Shown one piece after another: positions 42,946 through 52,223 of a DNA stretch of 64,000 bases (position 1 is its first letter; every line of letters starts with the position of its first letter). A model generated the notes under the pieces. The model had not been told where the DNA came from, did no database searches, and worked only from the letters and a program-made list of their open reading frames with translations. The position numbers were made by a program, and so were the translations under genes. This DNA comes from a virus. Location of the stretch: positions 1 to 64,000 of the IMG/VR virus record IMGVR_UViG_3300026097_000013. One strand, given 5' to 3'.

Positions 42946-43744
42946 AGGATTTATAGGTTCAAATATTGCATTATATTTGCAATCACAAGGACATGAAGTA
43001 GAAGGTTGGGAATGGGCACCAGGCATTATTCCTAGTACAGAAGACTACGACTGGTGCATACACACTGGTGCAATTAGCTCAACTACATATACAGATGTAA
43101 ATCAAATACTAGAACAAAACTTTGAGTTTACCGTGAGGTTAGCACAAGTTTGCGAAAACTTTGGCACTAATCTGCAATATGCATCTAGTGCAAGTGTATA
43201 CGGTCCTACTGAACATTTTACAGAAGATAAAGATTTATTACCGCAATCACCTTATGCATGGTCAAAGTATCTGTTTGATAGGTTTATAAATCAGTTTCAA
43301 GACGAATTTGAAATTATTATTCAAGGATTTAGATATTTTAATGTATACGGTCCGGGCGAAGAACACAAAGGCGATCAAGCATCACCGTATACTAAGTTTA
43401 CACGCCAAGCACTAGATAATGGCGTTGTAAAACTATTCGAAAATTCAGACCAATACAAGCGAGACTTTGTCTGTGTAGAAGATTTGTGTCGTCTTCACGA
43501 AAAAATGTTTGATGTTAACACTAGTGGTATTTTTAATGCTGGCACAGGCACTGCTACTAGTTTTGATACCGTAGGGCGTGCAATTGCTAAGAAATACAAT
43601 GCAGACATAGAATACATTCCTATGCCAGATACACTAAAAGGTCAGTATCAAGAATACACTTGTGCTAATTTAGACAAACTAAATTCAGTAGTAGATATGT
43701 CGTGGACATCAATAGAGGATTATATAAATGCAAGAACTAACTAG
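42920..43744 (+). CDS. hldD: ADP-L-glycero-D-manno-heptose 6-epimerase
   Basis: TGHKGFIGS, ASSASVYG, YAWSK, RYFNVYG..HKGDQAS, YQEYTCA. Confidence 0.9.
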   Translation: MKILVTGHKGFIGSNIALYLQSQGHEVEGWEWAPGIIPSTEDYDWCIHTGAISSTTYTDVNQILEQNFEFTVRLAQVCENFGTNLQYASSASVYGPTEHFTEDKDLLPQSPYAWSKYLFDRFINQFQDEFEIIIQGFRYFNVYGPGEEHKGDQASPYTKFTRQALDNGVVKLFENSDQYKRDFVCVEDLCRLHEKMFDVNTSGIFNAGTGTATSFDTVGRAIAKKYNADIEYIPMPDTLKGQYQEYTCANLDKLNSVVDMSWTSIEDYINARTN

Positions 43745-44123
43745 GCTAGAAGGTGTTGTTCCAAAAGGATGGGGATACGAATTAATTTGGGCAACTAATG
43801 ACAAATACTGCGGTAAAATTATGTTTTTCGAAAAGGAAGGTGCAATGTTTTCAATGCATTTCCACAAAGAAAAGGACGAAACTTGGTTTGTAAATACCGG
43901 TAAATTTAAAGTTCAGTGGATTGATACAAGTACTGCTGCACTTTATGAAAAAGAACTTAAAGAAGGCGATGTTTGGCACAATCCGCCATTGCAGCCGCAT
44001 CGATTAATTTGTTTACAAGCTGAATCAAGTATTACTGAAGTAAGTACTGCTGATAGTGTCGAAGACAATTACAGAGTTGCTCCAGGAGATAGTCAAAGAC
44101 AAGATGTAAACAAAAATGTCTAG
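43728..44123 (+). CDS. Cupin (sugar isomerase-like)
   Basis: PKGWGYE, SMHFH..KDETW, PHRL, EVST. Confidence 0.78.
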   Translation: MQELTRLEGVVPKGWGYELIWATNDKYCGKIMFFEKEGAMFSMHFHKEKDETWFVNTGKFKVQWIDTSTAALYEKELKEGDVWHNPPLQPHRLICLQAESSITEVSTADSVEDNYRVAPGDSQRQDVNKNV

Positions 44124-44775
44124 TGTTTATCAATGGGGAGATCCTGTAAATATTCAAAGTACCCATTATGAGCCTCAACAAGATCATATGCAAGATCCAG
44201 AGTATATTGCTCCTAAATGTGTAATTGGCCTAGATAGAGACGGAGTTATAAATGTTGATCGCGGACAATATACTTACTCTATAAATGATTTTATTCCTAT
44301 TGTAAATAGCTTAGAAGCTATTGCTAAATTGCGCAGGCTTGGACATAAAATAGCCATTATAACTAATCAAGGCGGTATTGAAAAAGGATTATTCACAGAA
44401 CAAGATGTTGAAATTTTACATCAGCATATGCTCGATCTTCTAGGCAATGCAGGTTGTCCTAGTATTGATGCAATCTATTACAGCGCCAGTAGCAGAAAAA
44501 ATGACGAATGGGCAAAGCCAAATGTCGGAATGTTTAAACGCTGTGAAAAAGAATTTCCTCATATAAAATTTTCAAAAGGATTTTATGTAGGTGATAAAAT
44601 AACCGATCTTAAAGCAGCACACAAGATAGGTGCAAAGCCTGTTCTTGTACGTACGGGTTACGGTGTCGAAACTGAAAAAGAATTAAAAAAGTTTACCTAC
44701 CGTGACATAAGAAAAAAGACCATTATATTCAATGATCTTAATTCTTTTGCAGAGTATATCGAAGCGCAAAGTTAA
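44116..44775 (+). CDS. gmhB: D,D-heptose 1,7-bisphosphate phosphatase
   Basis: LDRDGVIN, ITNQGG, KPNVGM, VGDKITD. Confidence 0.9.
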   Translation: MSSVYQWGDPVNIQSTHYEPQQDHMQDPEYIAPKCVIGLDRDGVINVDRGQYTYSINDFIPIVNSLEAIAKLRRLGHKIAIITNQGGIEKGLFTEQDVEILHQHMLDLLGNAGCPSIDAIYYSASSRKNDEWAKPNVGMFKRCEKEFPHIKFSKGFYVGDKITDLKAAHKIGAKPVLVRTGYGVETEKELKKFTYRDIRKKTIIFNDLNSFAEYIEAQS

Positions 44776-47700
44776 GCCTGCGCTTCGCCCCAATTTAGAA
44801 TAATATTTGAAGTTGCTGTTGCACCACTAACCTTATACACGTTAATTGCTAGTACGTCAGGGCCATTTGGATATGTCCCTCGGCCACCTAGTGGCGTATT
44901 TGTAAGTTCTTTAAGTTCACTAAAGTCAACTGTTGCACGTTCACCTGGAACAGCAATAAACGAGAAAATAGTTTCACCTGGTTGAGCAAAAGGTGGTTGA
45001 CTAAATGTTACTTCGACTGTACCCGAACTAGCTACTAGTGTTCCGCTATAAGAGTTATTAAACTGTATCTCGTAATATTCTGTTGTTCCAAGACTATCTA
45101 ATGTAATGTTGTTAACTTGTGTGTTAGCTGGAAATGTAACTGCTGATCCGCCAGTTACGCTTGTTCCCACAGTAACTCCTGCAGAGTCTACACTAGTTTT
45201 AGTAAAGAAACCATAGTTTCTGTTTGTTAAGTTTCCATGTCTACTAAAAGTTAACGTGTCGTTGTCGTTGACTCTATTTCCTAGACTACCGTCTAATCTT
45301 ACGAAAACTTCTTGGAATCCGCCGAAAAAGGACGGCGAGCTTATAAATGTAATTCTTCTTGTATTGCCACCCGGAATAGTTACACTGTCCCCTACTTTAA
45401 TATTTTTGCCATCGAAACCTGCGGCTGTATTCCATCTCATATACAAATAATTGTTGTTAGAGTTTGTGCCATCGTTGACCACCGCAGTTGTAGTCAACAC
45501 AGCTTGAGATGTGATGTTAGCTGTAGTTGCAGCTTCGCCTGTACTCCATACAACCGAGCCGCCGGAAGCAATCTGTGCAAAACTAGGCTGTCCACCTTGT
45601 GCAACACCTGCTAGACCTGACCAGCCAACATCTGCCGGATTAAGTGGATAATTTTGAGGATTAAGAACACCTTCAACAACAATGCCGCCTATAATATCGT
45701 TAGTTCCGTCAGTTCCGTCTGATGTAATTTCTAGACTTTGTAGTAACAATTGAGCTCGGTTTAGCAGTTCTCTTTCTCCTAAATCGCCAATAATAGCATT
45801 TGATACACTTGGTGCTAATCGAATTAAGAAAGCTGTTTGTTTTGTAGTACTAACCTCAATACCAGTTTCAGCATATGAGAAAATATAACCACGATCTTCA
45901 TCAAAGCCACCGTCTGTGATAAACGCCGAACCCCAGTGGCTAATAAGTGGTGTAATGGATTGTGATATTAATACTACACCAGTTCTAGCCGAATGTGCTG
46001 CTGCTGCTCCAGCTGTATAACTACGAGTTGCTCCTGCTTGAAAATTATTAAAAGTTGCACTTCTTGTTAATCCAGTTAAGTGATTTGAAGAACGCCCTGT
46101 GAATGTTATAATTTCATTGTCAATGTATATTGTTCCAGATTGTGGGAAAAAGCTACCATCTTCTAATTCTAATGTAGTCTGAGAGTCATCCATTGCAGCA
46201 GCAAGTTTACCTGACGGGCCTTCGTTTGAAACTTCGTAACGTACAGGCAAGTTACCCGAACGCATAAATGCTTCTGTGTTTACATTTGAGTTACGCATTC
46301 TGTGTGCAAATATAAAGTTACCGTCTGCACCACGTAGCATAAAGTCAATAAAGCCAGCACCATACCAGCTGTACTGAATACCGATCATTTGCATTTTAGC
46401 AATATCAATATCATAGCCACTGGGTCCTGTGCCGTCTAATTTGTCTAAGTTAAAGTCTTGTTGTTTAGTTTTCTTATCTACAATTAAATTAGCCTTGGCG
46501 CCATTAATGCTAACAACGCCTCGCCAATCTGGTGTTACAGTTATCTCTGTTTGACTGTTAACATGACTTACAACATGTGTCATTCCTTTGATAACAATTC
46601 TATCTCCAGCTTTTAACTGATCTTCAAATCTAGTGTTTATTCCTGTTACTAGGTTATCATCTACTTCTAGCGAAATAGTTCCTGCAAGTTGTCTAGTACC
46701 AGTACGTTGTACTGCACTTATTTGTGTGCCGTCAAATTCCCAAAAAATACCATTTTGATCATCAAAGATACCCGAACGCACTGTTGCTCCGTGCCAGCTA
46801 ACAACACTCATTTGCGAGCCGAAACCTAATACAGCATCAGTTGCTCCTAATCTGCGCTGTGCTCGAACCGTAAATCTACGTTCGTCTAGTACACTTTCTA
46901 CAGTATAATCAAATGCCGGAGGTACTGCCGTTGCAGGTCCACTATTATATCCAGGTGTCTCAACTCCTAATATTCTAATAGTTCCACCAACTTGTACACC
47001 GTGATCGTTGTCATCTGTTTCTATAGTAATTAAATCGCCAACTTCTGTTCCAGATGCTGTTAAACTACGTAAGTCGTAACTCGGTGCAAACAGCGCACCG
47101 GTTGTATACATAATGCCTTTACCTGACTGATAACGAATGTATTTCTTACTTTGACGTATTGCTTGAGCACCGTGCTGCGGACCACCTGTGCCTAATTGTA
47201 CGCCGCCATCAAATGGTCTGTGAATAAAGAAGCTATCTGGTCTTGGATAAACCGTTGCTTGTATAGATTGTGTTGATGTATCAATATTTCCAGGAGATCT
47301 TGCTAGATATCTAAGTTTGTTTACGGCTGTAATTTCAGTAGCAAGAAACGAGCCTGCTGCTAGTTTATGATTATTAGTTCCATCATCAGAATTTATTGTT
47401 GTAATAAAGGTGCTGCCAGGAACTAGTCCGTGAGCATTCGGAAATGTAACTTCTAGCGTAGGCAATGCTTCATAAGTAATCTGTTCATCTTTAGCAATTG
47501 TTGCTGTAGTAGCCTCTGTCATTAATATAGTTGATATTAAATCAAAATTACTTCCATATTCTGCTTCTGTATAATCATAAGTTAATCCAGTTATATCTCC
47601 ACTAGCTCCTGCTGTACTAACAGTTAACACAATATCGTTAGTTGGTGATACACCATCAAATAGCGTTCCAGGTAAAATAACACGATCACCAGTTTTATAT

Positions 47701-50700
47701 CCGGTTCCTCCTGTTGATACACTAACGGAGTCATATGCTGCAAAGTTTTTAGCAACATCAAATGTTGCCGATGTTCCTAAAGGTTGTTCACTAGTGCCCT
47801 CTACACTTGTATATGTTCCGCCAGGAGTAGCAACGGTACCTGCACTACTAATTGTAGATATTACACCAGATTCAAGGGCATCAACAGTGTCGATTGTAAT
47901 AGTTAAATCATTTGTAGGAGATTCACCTGAAAGTAATAATCCCGACACGTTAAGTTCTTGTCCGGCTCCGTACTCGGTGCCAGGTGTATTAATAACTACA
48001 CTATAGAGGCCGCCACTAATAGATACATCAAACGTTGCACCTGATCCAATAACATTCGAACCGGACGATATTGCATTTTGCGAACTAGAAGTAGATGCTG
48101 TACCTGAGATAGTAAAATCTGTAATCTCACCGCTTCCTCCAACATTATCAATAGTAATAGTTAAATCATTAGCAGGTGATGTGCCGCCTAATTGCGTTCC
48201 TATTACAGTAATTGTTTCTGTTGGTAGATAATTAGTACCTGCTACATCAATAGTTACACCATATATTCCAGCAGCTTGATCTATTGTAAATACTACTCCT
48301 GTTCCAGAAGTACTAGTAGTAGTAAATCCTGTTTGGCTACTTAAATACGTATTAATAACTGGCGGCGGCGTTCCTGAATAACTTAAACTAGTTATTGCTC
48401 CGGCGCCATCTATACCGTCAACTGTTATATATAAATCGTGAACACCGTCGGCGCCGCCGATGTCGCTACCTAATATTAAGATTATGTCATTTACTATATA
48501 GCCTGATGAATTATCAGAGGTATCATTAGCAGTTCCTGTTATACTTGCTGTTAACACCTCGCCGCTTGCACCAATTGTATCAATAGTTATAGTAGCATCA
48601 TTAGCAGGTGATTCGCCGCCTAACTCTGTTCCGAGAATTGTAAAAGTTTCTGTTGCGAGATAATCTTGTCCAGCTGTATCTATAGCAATGCTATATACAT
48701 CTAAAGTTTTAGTTATTTCAAATGTTGCGCCGAAACCTGATGCACCGTTATATGACAAAGTTGGATTATTATATACTACAGTTCCAGTTGACATAATAAC
48801 ACTAGTATATGCTCCTTGATCATACTCTAAGTCAAATGCCGCGCCTGTTCCAACTCCTCCACTATATGTTGCACTAACAGTAGTTGAAAGTGTTCCGTCC
48901 CAGTGTGCTCCGCTAAATGTTATAGTAGTAATAGCACCTAAACCGTCAACACCTGTAACACTTATAGTAAGATCGTTAATTGAAGTTTGTCCACCTAAGT
49001 CCAAACCATCTATAATAATTCTGTCGCCTACTTTATAATCACTACCAGCAGAATTAATGACAACTGCATAATCTCTCGATACGTTTTGAGTTTGTGTAAC
49101 ATCAAATGTTGCGCCAGTTCCTATTACACTATCATTTTGGCCAGAAACTGATGTATATGTTTTTACGTTAGGTATTAATTCAGAAGTAAAACTATCATTA
49201 AAATCAATAAACGAAGTATCTACATTATTAACATAAATTGCTGTGCCGTCGCCGCGATCTACTGCTAGGTTGTTAACAATTCCGGCAGTCGAGTCGAGAA
49301 ATACTCTGTTTTCACCAATTGTAACATTATCAGATATAGCTGGCGAAATATATGTACCGCCGCCTGCACTTGTATCATTAATGCCTGTTACTTGAGAGCC
49401 TGTTGGTATATTAGCATTAACTAAAGGAGCACCAACACCCGGAGATGGACCATCAAACGGAATAATAGTACTACCAGTTAAAACATCTAATTCTGAAGTT
49501 ATTGTACCGTTAAATCCATTAGAAATTACATCTACTTGTGGACTTGTACTTATAGATGCTCCTGTATAAAATGCTGCTTCTCTTAATTGTGTATAAGTTG
49601 TAGAAAGTGTAGTTGGGTTAACTGTACCAACTTTAGATTTTGCATAATAATTAAACGTATTATTAGTAGGAACATCATTAATAACAAATGATCCTTCAGC
49701 TCTTGCTGCTCCAGGTACTCCGTCTTCAAGTGCTTTAAGAGTTATAGGAGTTCCGGCTTCAAATCCATGTGCAGCTACAGTAGTAACCGTAATTAAAGAC
49801 TGACCTATACCTTCTGTACCTGCTGATGCATCTGTTTCAACTCTAAGTACTGGAGTATCTGTTCCTGGAACTTCGTAAATTGAAGGGTAGCCTCTCATAG
49901 TCGAAATAGCAGCCCATTTAGTAGGCTGTAGACCATATTCAAAGTCAGCATCAAGCATTGATACTGGCATAGCAGCTCTCGGGCGTTCAATAGCATCTGT
50001 ACCAAAGTCATAAGGTCTAGTAGTTACTATACTTTTTCCGTTTTCAATTTTTTCTATAAAAATTTGTAATTCGTCTGTTGGATTATGTCCGCTTGTGTTA
50101 TAATTGAGTGTGATTGTAGTAATAGCATCAGTTGTTTCTAGATATTTAACAAAGTCTGTGTCTGTTGCTATACTATCAACTTTAAGACTAATTAGTCCAC
50201 CTGTAGCAGGAGCACTAAAATTGTATATAATATCATTAGATGTTACATTGGTGATAAGTATTATTTGATCTAAATCGTATCTACCTTGAATTTTAATTGT
50301 TCCTACACCTGTTGGTACAACTGTAGGAAACGCAGATATTCCAGTTGTAATAACATCAATAGTAGTTTGAACAAGGTCGCCGACAATTGTTGATGTTCCT
50401 GATTCAGAAGTTTTAGTAACGTCAATAGTTTGAGATACTTCGTTATTGCTAGCAGAGTATGCAACATTTGCTAAAATATTTGTTTGTATAAGTGTTTTAA
50501 TAAATTCGTATGTTTGTATTTCAGGCTGACGGTCGCCGTCAATTTGTGCTACATCTTGATCCCAATAATATTTTACAACATTATATGTATTTTCGTTGCC
50601 GCCGTATCTTAAATCTTTTAAGTACGCATCAATATTGTATCCAATGTCTCTTTCGCATTTTTCTGCATTATACGTATAGCCTATAAACCCTGCTGCATCT

Positions 50701-50849
50701 GCTGCTACTTGATCTGCAATCCAAGCAGTTGCTTCTTTTTGTATGAAAGTTTTGTTTGCATTTAATAAGCTATAAGCATCAGGGTACAGATTATCAGCTG
50801 CGCCTAATCCTGGTTTAAATACGTAATTTTTTATTTGTGTCTTTGCCAT
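44772..50849 (-). CDS. Very large virion fibre or baseplate-associated protein (2025 aa) with internal repeats
   Basis: Thr/Gly/Ser-rich beta sequence, six ~85-aa repeats, lectin-like C-terminal region; within the fibre cluster. Confidence 0.75.
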   Translation of the reverse strand: MAKTQIKNYVFKPGLGAADNLYPDAYSLLNANKTFIQKEATAWIADQVAADAAGFIGYTYNAEKCERDIGYNIDAYLKDLRYGGNENTYNVVKYYWDQDVAQIDGDRQPEIQTYEFIKTLIQTNILANVAYSASNNEVSQTIDVTKTSESGTSTIVGDLVQTTIDVITTGISAFPTVVPTGVGTIKIQGRYDLDQIILITNVTSNDIIYNFSAPATGGLISLKVDSIATDTDFVKYLETTDAITTITLNYNTSGHNPTDELQIFIEKIENGKSIVTTRPYDFGTDAIERPRAAMPVSMLDADFEYGLQPTKWAAISTMRGYPSIYEVPGTDTPVLRVETDASAGTEGIGQSLITVTTVAAHGFEAGTPITLKALEDGVPGAARAEGSFVINDVPTNNTFNYYAKSKVGTVNPTTLSTTYTQLREAAFYTGASISTSPQVDVISNGFNGTITSELDVLTGSTIIPFDGPSPGVGAPLVNANIPTGSQVTGINDTSAGGGTYISPAISDNVTIGENRVFLDSTAGIVNNLAVDRGDGTAIYVNNVDTSFIDFNDSFTSELIPNVKTYTSVSGQNDSVIGTGATFDVTQTQNVSRDYAVVINSAGSDYKVGDRIIIDGLDLGGQTSINDLTISVTGVDGLGAITTITFSGAHWDGTLSTTVSATYSGGVGTGAAFDLEYDQGAYTSVIMSTGTVVYNNPTLSYNGASGFGATFEITKTLDVYSIAIDTAGQDYLATETFTILGTELGGESPANDATITIDTIGASGEVLTASITGTANDTSDNSSGYIVNDIILILGSDIGGADGVHDLYITVDGIDGAGAITSLSYSGTPPPVINTYLSSQTGFTTTSTSGTGVVFTIDQAAGIYGVTIDVAGTNYLPTETITVIGTQLGGTSPANDLTITIDNVGGSGEITDFTISGTASTSSSQNAISSGSNVIGSGATFDVSISGGLYSVVINTPGTEYGAGQELNVSGLLLSGESPTNDLTITIDTVDALESGVISTISSAGTVATPGGTYTSVEGTSEQPLGTSATFDVAKNFAAYDSVSVSTGGTGYKTGDRVILPGTLFDGVSPTNDIVLTVSTAGASGDITGLTYDYTEAEYGSNFDLISTILMTEATTATIAKDEQITYEALPTLEVTFPNAHGLVPGSTFITTINSDDGTNNHKLAAGSFLATEITAVNKLRYLARSPGNIDTSTQSIQATVYPRPDSFFIHRPFDGGVQLGTGGPQHGAQAIRQSKKYIRYQSGKGIMYTTGALFAPSYDLRSLTASGTEVGDLITIETDDNDHGVQVGGTIRILGVETPGYNSGPATAVPPAFDYTVESVLDERRFTVRAQRRLGATDAVLGFGSQMSVVSWHGATVRSGIFDDQNGIFWEFDGTQISAVQRTGTRQLAGTISLEVDDNLVTGINTRFEDQLKAGDRIVIKGMTHVVSHVNSQTEITVTPDWRGVVSINGAKANLIVDKKTKQQDFNLDKLDGTGPSGYDIDIAKMQMIGIQYSWYGAGFIDFMLRGADGNFIFAHRMRNSNVNTEAFMRSGNLPVRYEVSNEGPSGKLAAAMDDSQTTLELEDGSFFPQSGTIYIDNEIITFTGRSSNHLTGLTRSATFNNFQAGATRSYTAGAAAAHSARTGVVLISQSITPLISHWGSAFITDGGFDEDRGYIFSYAETGIEVSTTKQTAFLIRLAPSVSNAIIGDLGERELLNRAQLLLQSLEITSDGTDGTNDIIGGIVVEGVLNPQNYPLNPADVGWSGLAGVAQGGQPSFAQIASGGSVVWSTGEAATTANITSQAVLTTTAVVNDGTNSNNNYLYMRWNTAAGFDGKNIKVGDSVTIPGGNTRRITFISSPSFFGGFQEVFVRLDGSLGNRVNDNDTLTFSRHGNLTNRNYGFFTKTSVDSAGVTVGTSVTGGSAVTFPANTQVNNITLDSLGTTEYYEIQFNNSYSGTLVASSGTVEVTFSQPPFAQPGETIFSFIAVPGERATVDFSELKELTNTPLGGRGTYPNGPDVLAINVYKVSGATATSNIILNWGEAQA
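47590..49130 (-). repeat. Six ~85-aa protein repeats (GATFDV...G.DY..GD.I.I.G..LGG.SP.NDLTITV)
   Basis: Visible in the translation; one copy is nested inside another. Confidence 0.75.
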
Positions 50850-50852
50850 GTT

Positions 50853-51743
50853 TTATAATCCAAATGCTACTGCTAATGCAACCGCGGTACGATCTACATA
50901 TTGTTTATTTGCTACACTACTATTTATAGTAGGGTCATTACTAACTGTTGCAGAAGTAAATGCTGCTGTTGTAGGTGTAACGGCGCCTATCGTAGTGTTA
51001 TTTATAGTTGTATTTTCTATTGGAAGATCAGATCCTGTAGAACTTATAGTACCTAATTTATTTCCATCTATTTTTAGTACAATTTGATTAGTAGCTTCTA
51101 ATTCTAAATTTGTAGGTGAACTAATATTAGTTATGCCAATACCGTCGATATTAAGAGATCCTGCAACATATAAATCACCTTCAATTCCTACACCGCCTGC
51201 TACTGTAAGAGCACCGGAAGTAGAGCTTGTTGATGCAGTTGTTGAGTTGATATCAAGAGTACTAAACACTCCTACAGGATCAACTACATTTATAATGCCA
51301 TATATCGTTCCAGTATCATTACCATAATATAAAATATCAGGAGCAGATATTGGAGTTGAAAAATATAATCTTCCGCTATTTTTTCCTTGGGCATCTACTC
51401 CTGTTGTTGCGTCAGAATGTCTTAGCCCAACATTGTATAAGGTTAACGTATCGCCGACACTACTAAAAATACTAAATGTAAAATTAGTAAGATCTAAGTC
51501 AATTGTAGTTGAAGAATTTCTAGTAAATGTAATACTAGGATTGTTAGTTGCATTATTAATTAATCTAAAATTATTATCAACTTCTTCAAAGCTAAAATCA
51601 GCAGCAACGTCAACGTCTTCAACAACGTCTTGTACTTCAAGTGTAATCGATCTAGCTGTAATATTTCCTACAGAATCTACAGTAAAACTAGGACTTTCAA
51701 ATCCATATTTTGATCTTAAAGGTGCGTTTACAATCGTTGACAT
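50853..51743 (-). CDS. Short tail-fibre-like connector protein
   Basis: GALTVAGGVGIEGDLYVAG fibre repeat, VANKQYVD, C-terminal ALAVAFG. Confidence 0.7.
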   Translation of the reverse strand: MSTIVNAPLRSKYGFESPSFTVDSVGNITARSITLEVQDVVEDVDVAADFSFEEVDNNFRLINNATNNPSITFTRNSSTTIDLDLTNFTFSIFSSVGDTLTLYNVGLRHSDATTGVDAQGKNSGRLYFSTPISAPDILYYGNDTGTIYGIINVVDPVGVFSTLDINSTTASTSSTSGALTVAGGVGIEGDLYVAGSLNIDGIGITNISSPTNLELEATNQIVLKIDGNKLGTISSTGSDLPIENTTINNTTIGAVTPTTAAFTSATVSNDPTINSSVANKQYVDRTAVALAVAFGL

Positions 51744-51781
51744 ATCTCACTCCGTTCAATTATATTTATCAATTAAGATAG

Positions 51782-52198
51782 TTATCGAGAAAGTGGAGTC
51801 AATGTATGAAAGTATTGAGCAGTAAAGATAACCTTAGTTCCATTATTTTGTCCTGCAGGTGATGATATTGCCGGATTTAGTATGACATCAACATAACTAT
51901 TGTTAACTACAGGCTCAATAGTAATTAATTCACGTAGTGTATGATTTCTAGCATACACTACAACACTTGCTCGATCGTCAGTTGCTGTTATTAATGCTTT
52001 AATTATTTCTTTATTATTAGCATCAAGATCTGCAGATATAGTATATTCTACTGACGAAAATTCTCCCACGTGCCATCGATCAAGTGTTGTGTTTTCATAT
52101 ACTTGCTTCCAGGGACCTTTATGACTAGTCCCTGAATTATTTTTAAAAAGTAATGTATTCTTTAATCCGTCTGTTAAATATTTTTGTAAGTTTTGCAT
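51782..52198 (-). CDS. Hypothetical virion protein
   Basis: 138-aa ORF with a late promoter and SD. Confidence 0.65.
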   Translation of the reverse strand: MQNLQKYLTDGLKNTLLFKNNSGTSHKGPWKQVYENTTLDRWHVGEFSSVEYTISADLDANNKEIIKALITATDDRASVVVYARNHTLRELITIEPVVNNSYVDVILNPAISSPAGQNNGTKVIFTAQYFHTLTPLSR

Positions 52199-52223
52199 TA
52201 CGTGCCCCTATATGTAATATTTA

